A stretch of 64,000 nt of DNA from Trueperaceae bacterium (GTDB lineage Bacteria > Deinococcota > Deinococci > Deinococcales > Trueperaceae): positions 1,248,001-1,312,000 of the forward strand of contig JAXHLW010000013.1 of the NCBI GenBank assembly GCA_034521815.1, written 5' to 3'. Position numbers and translations under genes: made by a program. The notes beneath the pieces were generated by a model that saw only the letters and a list, made by a program, of their open reading frames with translations, was not told where the DNA came from and made no database searches. Shown one piece after another: positions 51,004 through 61,259 of this stretch; the first letter of the stretch is position 1; each line of letters starts with the position of its first letter.

Positions 51004-53829
51004 ATGACGGACCGAATGACGACGAGTCCCGCCTACCGCGCCTGCGTGACGGCCCTGGAACGGCTGCTCTCGCCGCGTGTCGCGTCCCGCACGCTGCACA
51101 TGGCGATGCGTGAACAGGGGCTCACGGCCGAGACGGTGACACCGGACGAGCTCGAGCCGATCCTCAAAGGTCCCGTCTTCAAGCAGCTTCAAGTCGCGAT
51201 GCCTGCAGCGCGGGCCCGCGACGCGGTGAGCGACATCCTCGGAAAGCTCGCCGCGTCGTCCGACGAGCCGCGCGTCGCCGACGCGGAGCCTTCCGCCGAT
51301 CACGCTCCCGACGCCGGCCACGAGCCGCCCGCGAACGCTTCCGACAGGGGCATCGCCGAACAGGCCAGCGCTTCAGGCGACGGCGCAGCCACGCCGCCGG
51401 ACGCGCCGTCGACCCAGCCGCAGCACGCCCCCGCCGCCCTCGAGCGGCTGCGCGCGGCGCTGCGACCGTTCAACTTGTACTTCGAATGGCCCGAAGTGCG
51501 TCGGGCGAGGGCGCTCCTGGCCCGGATCGACGACGAGGCCACGAGCGCGGGCGAGGTGCCGTCGCTGATCACCGACGCGGAAGCCGCCCTCGAGACGGTG
51601 CGCCAGAAGCTCGAAGATCGGCTGGTGTTGCAGGCGCAGGACCTCGTGCGTCTCGAGGAGGAGCTCGAGGAGGTCTCGAGCCTCGGAGGAGCCAAGGCGC
51701 GCCGGCTGGCCGCTCTGGTGAACCGCGTTCGGGAGGCGCAGGCCGACCGGCAGCTGGCGGACGCCGAGATCGAGCGCGGGAGCGCGTTGGCGCGCGAGCT
51801 GCGCAAGCTCGTCGCCTCGAGCGTGTACCAGGACGGCACCGACGAAGGTGGACCCGACCTCGAGGCCCGCATCCGGGCGCTCGACGCCGCCGGCGAGGTC
51901 GAGGAGCTCGACCGGCTGGCACGGGACCGCGCCGTGCTGCTCGAGCACCGTGGCGACCTCGCGGAGCGGCTTCGCGAGATGCGCGAGCAGGTCACTGCGG
52001 GGATCACCCTCGGCGACGACCTGAAAGCCCTGCGCGAGACGTTCGACACCGCTCGCGCCCAACGCGTCCGGGAGGTCTCGCGCGAGCTCTCCGAGGCCGC
52101 AGCCCGGCTCGACGAGCACGGCGACGCGTGGACCGACGAGCTTCGCAGGGAGCACGACGTGCTCACCGGCATCGTGCTCGAGAACGGCCTTCCGCCGATG
52201 GCCGACCTGGTGCGCTTCCACGACAGGGCCACCCTGGCGCTCGATCGCGCGGCGAGCGAAGACCGACACGCCGAAGCCGACGCCGAAGCCGAGCGCGCCC
52301 GGCTGGACGTCCAGGGAGAGCGCCTCGAGCGGGGCCGTCACGAGCTCCTCCGCTACGGCGACGAAAGCGACGACCCTGGCGTCGAGCGTCTACGGAACGC
52401 CGTGGACGCGCTTCGCATCGCCCAAGCGGAAGAGCGTCTGGACCCCGATGCCGACGCCGAGCTCCGGGCCGCGTCCGCGGCGCTGGCCGATCGCCGTAGC
52501 GACGAGCGCGATTCCGAGGGAGCCGCACGAGCCCAGCTCGCCGCCCTGCTCGCTCGACTCGACGGGCTGCCCGCCTCGATCGATCCGGAAGGGACCGCCG
52601 AGCTCCGCACCGAGCTCGAGCAGCGCCTCGACGCTCCCCCGAACGATCAGGAGCTCGCCACCATCGCCGCCGCCGTCGCCGAGGCCGTGGCCGCCGCCAA
52701 GCAGTCGGCGCGACAGGCCCTCGATCGGCTCGGATCGGAGGCGGGCCAGTGGTCGCTGGCGAACCTCCTGGACGCGGTTCGCGACGCCAACGAACAGCTC
52801 GAGGACGCCCGTGAGCCGGACCTCGCGGGCCTCGAGAGGCGCCTCGAGAGCGCGATCCAGGACGCCCGTACCCGGCAGCTCGACCAGCTCCACGAGCTGG
52901 AGCGCAGCGCCGCGCGGCTGACCGGGATCGACCCGGCCGTCGAGGTGGCGCTGAGCGAGGCGTTGACGCGAGCTCGCGCCTCGGTCGCCGAGGGCGAGCC
53001 GGCCATCACCATCGGCGACGCGACCGACCAGGTCGCACGCCTCGAGGAGATCCTCGAGCAGCGGGTAGGCGGCGTCGTCCCTCGCCTCGACACGGCCCTC
53101 GCGACGTTGCGAACGGTCGAGCGACTCAACAGCGACGACGTGGCCACGGTGCGACGGATCCTTCATCACCTGGACAGCCAGCGTGACGCGTTCGCGCGCG
53201 TCTCCCCCGCCCTGCGTGCCCGGATGGAGCGTTCGCTCCAGGAGGCCGAGGACCTGCTGGGCAAGCTCGTCGAGGACGAACGCGCCACCAGGGCCATCGC
53301 CGATCAGCTGATGTCGGGCCATCGCTTCGACGACGTGCTCGGCCTGTTCGGACCGGAGAACGACACCGCGCCGGACGACACGTCCGACCGAGCGGACAGC
53401 TCGTTCGACGACGCTGCGGACGCGTGGCTGGAGCACCACCACCAGCGCTCCGACATCGAAGCGTCCGGCCTGCGCTCGGAGCGAACCGGCGCCGTCCGAA
53501 GCCGCGGCATGAGCGACGATGCCACGCGCGACTGGGCTCCGCGCTCGAAGGAGCTGCTGGACCAGCTGACCGCGCTGGGCACCGCGCTGGACCTGGGCGG
53601 GCCCCGCGTCGTCACGCTCGAGCGATCGCGCGGATGCTTGCTGATCGGCCACGATCCGGCAGGGACCGCGCTGATCGCCAGCCGCGACACCGGCAGCCTC
53701 GGTCTGCTGGCTCGCGACCTGCGCGAGCGCGACTGGCGGACGGCGGTCGGCACCCTAGGCCCGGACGACGACGCGTCGACCCCACCAGCACACGACCCGG
53801 AAAACGATGACGCTCACGACCCTGACTGA
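51004..53829 (+). CDS. large coiled-coil protein with an N-terminal helical domain and a C-terminal Roadblock-like domain
   Basis: Heptad-rich body; C-terminus LDLGGPRVVTLERSRGCLLIG...ALIASRDTGSLGLLARDLR. Start is at 51004 or 51016 (duplicated ATG). Confidence 0.75.
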   Translation: MTDRMTTSPAYRACVTALERLLSPRVASRTLHMAMREQGLTAETVTPDELEPILKGPVFKQLQVAMPAARARDAVSDILGKLAASSDEPRVADAEPSADHAPDAGHEPPANASDRGIAEQASASGDGAATPPDAPSTQPQHAPAALERLRAALRPFNLYFEWPEVRRARALLARIDDEATSAGEVPSLITDAEAALETVRQKLEDRLVLQAQDLVRLEEELEEVSSLGGAKARRLAALVNRVREAQADRQLADAEIERGSALARELRKLVASSVYQDGTDEGGPDLEARIRALDAAGEVEELDRLARDRAVLLEHRGDLAERLREMREQVTAGITLGDDLKALRETFDTARAQRVREVSRELSEAAARLDEHGDAWTDELRREHDVLTGIVLENGLPPMADLVRFHDRATLALDRAASEDRHAEADAEAERARLDVQGERLERGRHELLRYGDESDDPGVERLRNAVDALRIAQAEERLDPDADAELRAASAALADRRSDERDSEGAARAQLAALLARLDGLPASIDPEGTAELRTELEQRLDAPPNDQELATIAAAVAEAVAAAKQSARQALDRLGSEAGQWSLANLLDAVRDANEQLEDAREPDLAGLERRLESAIQDARTRQLDQLHELERSAARLTGIDPAVEVALSEALTRARASVAEGEPAITIGDATDQVARLEEILEQRVGGVVPRLDTALATLRTVERLNSDDVATVRRILHHLDSQRDAFARVSPALRARMERSLQEAEDLLGKLVEDERATRAIADQLMSGHRFDDVLGLFGPENDTAPDDTSDRADSSFDDAADAWLEHHHQRSDIEASGLRSERTGAVRSRGMSDDATRDWAPRSKELLDQLTALGTALDLGGPRVVTLERSRGCLLIGHDPAGTALIASRDTGSLGLLARDLRERDWRTAVGTLGPDDDASTPPAHDPENDDAHDPD

Positions 53830-54235
53830 CGAGGCCGCGACGCGTGCCTTCGCGGCCGACCTCGCACGCGAGCTGCCTCACGGAGCGCTCCTCCTCGTCG
53901 ACGGTCCCCTGGGCGCAGGCAAGACGACGCTCGTCGCCGCGCTCGTCTGGGCGCTGGGAGGTCCCGACCGGACCTCGAGCCCGACCTACACCCTGATCCA
54001 CGAGTACCCGACGCCGCATGGCGAGGTGATCCACGTCGACGCGTACCGCCTGGGGGATCCGACGGAGCTGGACGAGCTGGGCCTCGACGACTACCTGGAC
54101 CGTGCCCGACTCGTGGTCGTGGAGTGGGGCGGCCCGCTCGCTCGGACGCATCCCGAAGCGTGGCGCCTGGCGATGGACCGGACGGCCGGCGCCGCGACCG
54201 TTCGGACCGCGCGACTGGAGCCGCCCCGTGGCTAG
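53807..54235 (+). CDS. tsaE: tRNA t6A biosynthesis ATPase TsaE
   Basis: GPLGAGKTT, SSPTYTLIHEY, HVDAYRL and VVEW. Confidence 0.95.
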   Translation: MTLTTLTDEAATRAFAADLARELPHGALLLVDGPLGAGKTTLVAALVWALGGPDRTSSPTYTLIHEYPTPHGEVIHVDAYRLGDPTELDELGLDDYLDRARLVVVEWGGPLARTHPEAWRLAMDRTAGAATVRTARLEPPRG

Positions 54236-54800
54236 CACGACGGCGTTCGCAGCCCGCCTCGGCCTGGACACGGCGGGACCGCACCTGGCGATGGCGCTCT
54301 GGAGCCCAGAGGAAGGGGTCCTCGCTCGTCGCGCTGCGCGGGTCGAGCGTGAGCACGCCGCGCGCATCGTCACCGAGCTCGACGGCCTGTTCGAGGAGGC
54401 CGCCGTGCGTCGAGGGGCGGTCGCCGCGATCACGGTCGGCGTCGGCCCGGGCTCGTACACCGGGCTCCGCGTCGGGCTGGCGGCCGGCCGTGCGATGGCG
54501 ACCGCGTGGAGCGTTCCGCTGGGCGGCGCGGACTCGCTCGCGAGCCTCGCATGGGGCGCCCTCGCTCCGGGCCAGACGGGCGTGGCCGTGATGGACGCGC
54601 GGCGCGGCAACGTGTACGCCGCCGTGTTCCGCCGTGAGGAGCACGGCCTGACCGAGATCGTGCCCGCCGCGAAACGACCCCGCGACGAGGTCGCCGCGGC
54701 GTGGCCCGCCGCGATCTGGATCGAGGACGTCGCCCCTGACGCGACCTGGGCGGCGATGCGTCCGACGGGCGAGCGACCGGCCGAGGCGGTGTACCTGTGA
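54228..54800 (+). CDS. tsaB: tRNA t6A biosynthesis protein TsaB
   Basis: LGLDTA, VGVGPGSYTGLRVG and MDARRGNVY. Confidence 0.93.
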   Translation: MASTTAFAARLGLDTAGPHLAMALWSPEEGVLARRAARVEREHAARIVTELDGLFEEAAVRRGAVAAITVGVGPGSYTGLRVGLAAGRAMATAWSVPLGGADSLASLAWGALAPGQTGVAVMDARRGNVYAAVFRREEHGLTEIVPAAKRPRDEVAAAWPAAIWIEDVAPDATWAAMRPTGERPAEAVYL

Positions 54801-54930
54801 CGCGGAACGGTATACTTCGCAGGATCCGTCGCGCCCGAGGCGGCCCGAGGCCGTTCTGGCGGCGACCGACACCGCGCGATCACGCGCCGCGCGACGAAGA
54901 TCCGTCCGGCGCCGAGGCAGGAGTGTAGGG

Positions 54931-55965
54931 ATGTTCAGACCGTGGCAAGAGATCGGCGTCGACCTGGGGACGGCTACCGTCCTCATCTACGTCAAGGGGC
55001 AGGGAATCATGCTCCGCGAACCGTCCGTGATCGCCATGGTGCGGGACACCGGCGAAGTGAAGGCGGTGGGCGACGAGGCGTACCGCATGCTCGGACGCAC
55101 GCCCGGCAACATCACCGCGGTCCGCCCGATGCGCGACGGCGTCATCGCCGACTACGACCTGACCGAGAAGATGCTCCAGGCGTTCGTGCGCAAGGTCGTC
55201 ACCGGACCGGGCCGGTTCTTCCGGCCGCACATCATGGTCTGCGTCCCGTCCGGCGTGACCGAGGTCGAGCGGCGGGCCGTCCTGCAAGCCACCCGTGAGG
55301 TCGGCGCCCGCAAGGCGTTCCTGATCGAGGAGCCGCTGGCCGCCGCCGTGGGCGCCGGCGTGGACATCGCCGAACCCACCGGGTCGATGATCGTCGACAT
55401 CGGCGGCGGCACCACCGACGTCGCCATCATCAGCCTGGGCGGCATCGTGGTGAGCGAGAGCCTGCGCATCGCCGGCAACGAGTTCGACGAGGCGATCATC
55501 CGCTACATCCGCCACAAGGAGAACCTGCTGATCGGCGACCGCACCGCCGAAGAGGTCAAGATGCGCGTCGGCGCCGCCATGCTGGCCGAGGGCGACCAGA
55601 GCGACGAGATCGAGGTCCGCGGCCGCGACCTGATCAACGGGCTTCCCAAGACGATCACCGTCCGCACCGAGGACACCGTCGAGGCGCTCGAGGAGCCGAT
55701 CCAGAAGATCGCCGACGGCGTGCGCCGCGTGCTGGAGCTGGCCCCCCCGGAGCTGGTCAGCGACGTGATCGATCGGGGCATCATCATGACGGGCGGAGGC
55801 TCGCTGCTGCGGAACTTCGACGAGCTGCTGCGCCGGACGACCGGCATTCCGGTCGTCGTCGCCGAGAACGCGACCGACTGCGTGGCGCTCGGCACCGGCA
55901 AGGCGCTCGACATGCTGCACGTCCTTCAGGACGCGCTGATCTCCGACAACTTCCTGCGGCGCTGA
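54931..55965 (+). CDS. mreB: rod shape-determining protein MreB
   Basis: IGVDLGTA, RPMRDGVIAD, IEEPLAAA, VDIGGGTTD and TGGG. Confidence 0.96.
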   Translation: MFRPWQEIGVDLGTATVLIYVKGQGIMLREPSVIAMVRDTGEVKAVGDEAYRMLGRTPGNITAVRPMRDGVIADYDLTEKMLQAFVRKVVTGPGRFFRPHIMVCVPSGVTEVERRAVLQATREVGARKAFLIEEPLAAAVGAGVDIAEPTGSMIVDIGGGTTDVAIISLGGIVVSESLRIAGNEFDEAIIRYIRHKENLLIGDRTAEEVKMRVGAAMLAEGDQSDEIEVRGRDLINGLPKTITVRTEDTVEALEEPIQKIADGVRRVLELAPPELVSDVIDRGIIMTGGGSLLRNFDELLRRTTGIPVVVAENATDCVALGTGKALDMLHVLQDALISDNFLRR

Positions 55966-55969
55966 GCGC

Positions 55970-57036
55970 ATGACCAGCACCCGACGCCTGGCGGCGACGA
56001 TCGGCGCCACGCTCGAAGGGGAGGAGCGCGAGGTCGCCTCGCTGCTGCCCCCGGCCGTATCGAGCCGGGCGGGATCGTCGTGCCGAGCGACGACGCGTCG
56101 CTCCGGGAGACCCTGAACGCGTCCGGCGCCGACCGGCTGGCCGCGATCGTGGTCGCGTCCGACGCGCACGTCGCCACGCCGCATCCTCCCCTGCTCCGTC
56201 ACCCCGATCCGCGGCTGGCGCTGGCCCGCATCAGCCGCGAGCTGGACCCCGAGCCGGCCCCGCCAGCGGGCGTCGCGTCCAGCGCCACCGTGGCCGACGA
56301 CGCGACGCTGGGCGCTGACGTGTCCGTCGGACCGGGCGCCGTCGTCGAATCGGGCGCCGAGCTGGCGGACGGCTGCGTCATCGGGGCGGGCGCCGTCGTC
56401 GGCCGAAACTGTCGGCTGGGGCCCGGCACTCGCCTCTTCGCGAGGGTGGTTCTCTACCCGGGTGTCCGGATCGGCGCTCGCGTTCGCATCCATGCCGGCG
56501 CGGTCGTCGGGGCGGACGGGTTCGGCTACGCACCCGGGCCGCACGGCGCCGAGAAGGTGCACCACCTGGGAGGCGTGACGATCGGCGACGACGTCGAGAT
56601 CGGCGCGAACGCCTGCATCGATCGCGGCACCCTGGGTGACACCGCCATCGGTAACGGCACGAAGCTGGACAACCTCTGTCAGGTCGGGCACAACGTGACG
56701 ATCGGCCGGCACTGCCTGATCGCCGGGCAGACCGCCATCGGCGGCTCCACCGTGATCGAGGACGGCGTCCTGATCGGCGGGTCGGCCGCCCTGTCCGACC
56801 ACGTTCGGGTGGGTGCCGGCGCGCGCATCGCGGGCCGAGCCGGCGTGTCGAAGAACGTCCCCGCAGGCCAGGCGTGGGGTGGGGCGCCGGCGGCGCCGAT
56901 GCGGGACTGGGCGCGCGAGCGGTACCTGGTCGGGCGCCTGGAGCGCATCTGGACGTTCGTGCGTGGCGCGCAGAGGGCCGAGGCCCAGACCGCGCAGGAG
57001 GCGTCGGAGACCCCGGTGGAAGGCCGCGGCGGGTGA
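55970..57036 (+). CDS. lpxD: UDP-3-O-acyl-glucosamine N-acyltransferase (frameshift in the C run at 56048-56052)
   Basis: Hexapeptide repeats, [17 protein letters not shown] and [12 protein letters not shown]. The N-terminal segment from ATG 55970 joins if the C5 run is C6. Confidence 0.88.
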
Positions 57037-57815
57037 GCTCCGCGCCGACCCTCGCCGGCCACGGCGTGCACAGCGGTACGCCGTGCACGGTGCGCCTGCA
57101 CCGCTACGACGGACCGGTCGTTCTCCGGCGGGCGGGCCGCACGATCGCCCCGCGGATCTCGGCGGTCGTCGGCGCCCGCGGCGCCACGATCCTGGGCGCC
57201 GACGGCGTGCGCGCGGCGATGGTCGAGCACCTCTTCGCCGCGCTCCAGATCCGCGACGTCTGGTCGGGCGTGCTGATCGAGGTCGACGCCGACGAGCTCC
57301 CGATCCTGGACGGCTCGGCCGCGCCCTGGTACGAGGCGCTGAACGCGCTCGCGCCGTTCCCCCCTCCGCCCGAGCCGTGGAGGGTCGACGCGGAGATCCG
57401 GCGAGAGGACGGCGCGTACGCCGGCGTGAAGCCTGGCCCGAGGGAGCTGGACGTCCAGATCGCGTTCGATCACCCGGCCGTCGGCACCCAGGCATGGCAG
57501 GGTGCTCAGGACGCCTGGCCCGAGCTGCTCGCAGCCCGCACGTTCGGCTTCGCGCGCGACGCCGCCACGCTGCGCGCCGCGGGCCTCGCGAGCGGCGCCA
57601 AGCCGGAGAATGCTATCGTCTTCGGCGACGATGCGCCGCTCGAGCCGCTACGCTTCCCCGACGAGCCGGTCCGGCACAAGGCGCTGGACGCACTCGGCGA
57701 TCTCTACCTTCTCGGGCGCCCCTTCGCGGGGCGCCTTCGTGTGCGCCGCGGCGGGCACGATCTGCATCACCGTCTCGTGACCCGCATCGTGTCGTCCGCG
57801 GGGAGCGCCGGGTGA
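57033..57815 (+). CDS. lpxC: UDP-3-O-acyl-GlcNAc deacetylase
   Basis: [30 protein letters not shown] and [18 protein letters not shown]. Confidence 0.92.
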   Translation: MSSAPTLAGHGVHSGTPCTVRLHRYDGPVVLRRAGRTIAPRISAVVGARGATILGADGVRAAMVEHLFAALQIRDVWSGVLIEVDADELPILDGSAAPWYEALNALAPFPPPPEPWRVDAEIRREDGAYAGVKPGPRELDVQIAFDHPAVGTQAWQGAQDAWPELLAARTFGFARDAATLRAAGLASGAKPENAIVFGDDAPLEPLRFPDEPVRHKALDALGDLYLLGRPFAGRLRVRRGGHDLHHRLVTRIVSSAGSAG

Positions 57816-58807
57816 GGCCACGCGAAGCGGTTCGGGTCGCGGTCGTCGGCGCCGGCGTGATGGGCCGGCACCACGCCCACAACTACCTGTCGCTGCCCGG
57901 CGCGGAGCTCGTCGCGATCGTCGATCCCGATCCCGCCGCCCGTGCCGTCGCGCAGCGGACCTACGGCTGCGCGACGTATCCGGACGTGGACGCCCTGCTG
58001 CGCGCGGAGCGGATCGAGGCCGCCAGCGTGGTGGCTCCCACCAGCCTGCACCACCGCCTGACGATGCGGCTGATGGACGCCGGGGTGCACGTCCTGGTCG
58101 AGAAGCCGGTCGCGACCACCGTGGCCGAGGCGGCGGCCCTCGCGAACCGCTCCCGCGAGCTGGGCCTCGTCCTTCAGGTGGGCCACATCACCCGGTTCTT
58201 CCGTGCGGTGCGCCTTCTCGGCGAGCGGGTGCGGCAGCCGTACCTGATCGAGGCGCGGCGCCTGTCGCCGCAAGCACGGATCAAGGACGTCGGCGTGATC
58301 CTGGACCTGATGATCCACGACATCGACATCGTGCTCGGCCTGGTGCCGTCCGCGATCGCCGACGTGGCCGTCGCGGGCCACGTCGTGGACGACGACGACG
58401 CCTTCGAGGACGTGGCGGCCGCTCAGCTCACCTTCGAGAACGGCTGCATCGCGCGGTTCCTGGCGTCGCGCGTCGCGCCCGACGCCGAACGAAGCCTGGT
58501 GGTGGCCGAGCGCGACCGCACCTACCGCGTCGACTTCCTGCGCGAGCCGCACACCGAGATCGCGGTGTACCAGTCGCGACGCGACGCGCAGGGCGACACG
58601 CACGTGCGAACCGACCGGCAGGTGGTGGCCGAGGACAACCCGCTCCGCGAGGAGCTGGCGCACTTCCTGGCTCGGATCGCTTCGGGAGCGCGGCCGATCG
58701 GAACGCTGGACGACGATCTCCGCTCGCTTCGGGTCGCGACCGACCTGCTGGCCCGGCTGCGACCCGCCGCGGCGCCCGGGCCGATGGCGGGGGCTCGGGT
58801 ACACTGA
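57812..58807 (+). CDS. Gfo/Idh/MocA oxidoreductase, GnnA-like
   Basis: VVGAGVMGRHHA, HVLVEKP, LQVGHI.RF and DVGVILDLMIHDIDI; embedded in the lpx cluster. Confidence 0.8.
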   Translation: MRPREAVRVAVVGAGVMGRHHAHNYLSLPGAELVAIVDPDPAARAVAQRTYGCATYPDVDALLRAERIEAASVVAPTSLHHRLTMRLMDAGVHVLVEKPVATTVAEAAALANRSRELGLVLQVGHITRFFRAVRLLGERVRQPYLIEARRLSPQARIKDVGVILDLMIHDIDIVLGLVPSAIADVAVAGHVVDDDDAFEDVAAAQLTFENGCIARFLASRVAPDAERSLVVAERDRTYRVDFLREPHTEIAVYQSRRDAQGDTHVRTDRQVVAEDNPLREELAHFLARIASGARPIGTLDDDLRSLRVATDLLARLRPAAAPGPMAGARVH

Positions 58808-58812
58808 CCGGC

Positions 58813-59232
58813 ATGGACGTCGACATTCGGGACGTGCTCCCGCATCGCTACCCGTTCCTGCTCGTGGACCGCCTGGTCTCGCAGGAGGGCGACCGGTTCG
58901 TCTGCGTCAAGAACGTCACGTTCAACGAGCCGTACTTCGTGGGCCACTTCCCGGGCGAGCCGGTGATGCCGGGCGTGCTGATCGTCGAGGCGCTCGCGCA
59001 GGCCGCCGCGGTCGGCCTGGCGGTCCGCGAAGGCGTCACGAGCGGCGCGATCGGCTACCTTGCCGGCATCGACGGCGCACGCTTCCGCCGCAAGGTGGTT
59101 CCGGGCGACGTGCTTTCGCTGGAGGGCGAGATCCTGATGTTCCGCAGGCGCCTCTGCAAGGTCGCCGCACAAGCCCTCGTGGACGGCGAGGTCGCCGCCG
59201 AGGCGACCCTCTCCTTCGTGTTCCAGGACTGA
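58813..59232 (+). CDS. fabZ: 3-hydroxyacyl-ACP dehydratase
   Basis: [12 protein letters not shown] and [20 protein letters not shown]. Confidence 0.96.
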   Translation: MDVDIRDVLPHRYPFLLVDRLVSQEGDRFVCVKNVTFNEPYFVGHFPGEPVMPGVLIVEALAQAAAVGLAVREGVTSGAIGYLAGIDGARFRRKVVPGDVLSLEGEILMFRRRLCKVAAQALVDGEVAAEATLSFVFQD

Positions 59233-59235
59233 GCC

Positions 59236-60006
59236 GTGGCGCAGGTCCACGCGAGCGCCGTCGTGGATCGCTCGGCCCGCCTGGCCGCCGACGTGCAGGT
59301 CGGACCGCACGCCGTGATCGAAGCGGACGTCGTGGTAGGCCCCGGCACCGTCCTCCTGCCCGGGACGGTGCTGTCGTCCGGAAGCCGCGTGGGGGCACGC
59401 TGCCGGTTGGGTCCGTACGCGACGGTCGGCGGCCTGCCGATGGACCGCGACTTCGCAGGCGAGGTCAGCTTCGCCGTGCTGGAGGACGAGGTCGAGCTGC
59501 GCGACTTCTCGAGCGTGCACCGCGCCACGGGCGCGGGGGCGGAGACGAGAATCGGCGCCGGCTCGCTGGTGATGAGCTACGCGCACGTGACGCACAACGT
59601 GCAGGTGGGTCGCGGTGCGGTGCTGACGAACCTGGTGCAGCTCGGTGGCCACGTTCGTGTCGGCGATCGCGCGGTGCTCGGGGCGGGAACCATGGTGCAC
59701 CAGTTCGCCCAGGTCGGCGCCTACGCCATGGTGGGCGGCATGAGCGGCGTGAACCGCGACGTCCTTCCGTACGCCCTGGCACGCGGGAACTTCGCCGAGC
59801 ACTACCGCGTGAACGCGGTCGGCCTTCGTCGCAACGGCATCGAGGGCGAGCGCTACCACGCCATCGAACAGGCGCTTCGCGCGCTTCGTCGCGGCGACGA
59901 CGAGCGGTTCGTCCAGCTCGCCGCCGACTGGCCGGAGGTCGACCTCATGCGGACCTTCCGCGACGCCAGCCGCCGCGGCCTGGCCCGGTTCCGGGGCGGG
60001 TCGTGA
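59236..60006 (+). CDS. lpxA: acyl-ACP--UDP-GlcNAc acyltransferase
   Basis: VHASAVV, hexapeptide repeats, PMD.DF.GE, VHRAT, HVTHN, LGGHV, HQF and N.VGLRR. Confidence 0.9.
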   Translation: MAQVHASAVVDRSARLAADVQVGPHAVIEADVVVGPGTVLLPGTVLSSGSRVGARCRLGPYATVGGLPMDRDFAGEVSFAVLEDEVELRDFSSVHRATGAGAETRIGAGSLVMSYAHVTHNVQVGRGAVLTNLVQLGGHVRVGDRAVLGAGTMVHQFAQVGAYAMVGGMSGVNRDVLPYALARGNFAEHYRVNAVGLRRNGIEGERYHAIEQALRALRRGDDERFVQLAADWPEVDLMRTFRDASRRGLARFRGGS

Positions 60007-61259
60007 CGATCCCCGCCCGCGACGAAGGCGGCGACCGCGGCGACCGCGGCGACCGCGAGATCGTGCTGGTCAGCAACGGCCCGGGCGAGCTGCATACCTG
60101 GCTGCGACCGGTGCTGGACGCCTTGCGAGCCGCGGACCCGACCGTTCCGGTCCGCATCGCGCTCGTCCCGTGCCAGTTCGCTTCGGGCCGCGAGGACCAG
60201 ATCGCCGCGACGTTCGGCGCGGAGCTGGTGACCACCCCCGCCCAGTACCTGAGGACGGTTCCGGCCGGACGCGCGCCGGCCGGCCTGGGCGCGACGAACG
60301 GACTGGTGCTGCAGCTCGGCGGCGGCGTGGGGCTCGCGGCGTCGCTCGCGGCGCGCCTGGGGCATCCGCTGCACCGCTACGCGTTCACGGCGGGCGGTCA
60401 CCGCGCCCTGGAGCGGCTCTACCTGCCCGACGAACGGACCGCCATCCGAGCGCGACGGGCGGGCACGCCGGCCGCCCGCATCGAGGTGGTGGGGAACCTC
60501 GTGGCGGACGCCGTGCGTGCGCACGCGCCGATCGACGACGCGGGCTCGCCGCACGTGTTGCTGATCCCTGGGAGTCGCGACGACTTCGCCAGGCCGCTGA
60601 TCCCCCTGATGCTGGCCGTGGCCGACCTTCTGGCGGTCCGTCACCCGTCGGCTCGCTTCGTGTGGCCGGTCAGCGGAATGCTGAGCGCGTCCACGCTTCG
60701 AGACGGCATCGCCGGCGTCGAGGCGGACGTCTTGGGCGGCGTCGGCGGCCGCCGCGAGGGCGACCGCGTCGTCACGCCCGGCGGCGCGGTGGTCGAGATG
60801 ATCTCGGAGGACGCTCGCCACGCCCACATGCGTGCCGCCGATCTGGCGATCACGATTCCCGGCACGAACACGCTGGAGCTCGGCATCGCCGGACTTCCCG
60901 CCCTGGTGGTGCTGCCCATGAACGCGCCGGAGCGGATTCCGCTCGAGGGCATCGGGCACTGGCTGGGGCTCGTGCCGCTGGTGGGACCGACGTTGAAACG
61001 GTGGGCGGTCCGCGCATTCGTGGAGGGTCTCGACCAACCGGTCTCGCTTCCGAACCGCATCGCAGGGGAGCCGCTCTTCGACGAGATGGCCGGCATCGTC
61101 GACGCGAACGCCGTGGCGGACCGGGCCGACGCGCTGCTCCTCGATCCTACCGACCTGGCACGCCGTAGGGCACGCCTGGCCGCCACGATGCCGGCGCCGG
61201 GCGCCGCTGCGCGGCTGGCGGATCGGCTGCTGGCGAGGCTCGAGGAAGGGCGGTCGTGA
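60003..61259 (+). CDS. lpxB: lipid-A-disaccharide synthase-like glycosyltransferase
   Basis: SNGPGEL.TW.RPV, VVGNL.AD, LIPGSR, GTNTLEL and SLPN.IA; follows lpxA. Confidence 0.75.
   Translation: MTIPARDEGGDRGDRGDREIVLVSNGPGELHTWLRPVLDALRAADPTVPVRIALVPCQFASGREDQIAATFGAELVTTPAQYLRTVPAGRAPAGLGATNGLVLQLGGGVGLAASLAARLGHPLHRYAFTAGGHRALERLYLPDERTAIRARRAGTPAARIEVVGNLVADAVRAHAPIDDAGSPHVLLIPGSRDDFARPLIPLMLAVADLLAVRHPSARFVWPVSGMLSASTLRDGIAGVEADVLGGVGGRREGDRVVTPGGAVVEMISEDARHAHMRAADLAITIPGTNTLELGIAGLPALVVLPMNAPERIPLEGIGHWLGLVPLVGPTLKRWAVRAFVEGLDQPVSLPNRIAGEPLFDEMAGIVDANAVADRADALLLDPTDLARRRARLAATMPAPGAAARLADRLLARLEEGRS

Noticed and set aside
51004-53829. SMC, dynamin or chemoreceptor identity for the coiled-coil protein
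   Set aside because: No Walker A/B, GTPase or MCP signalling motif is visible.
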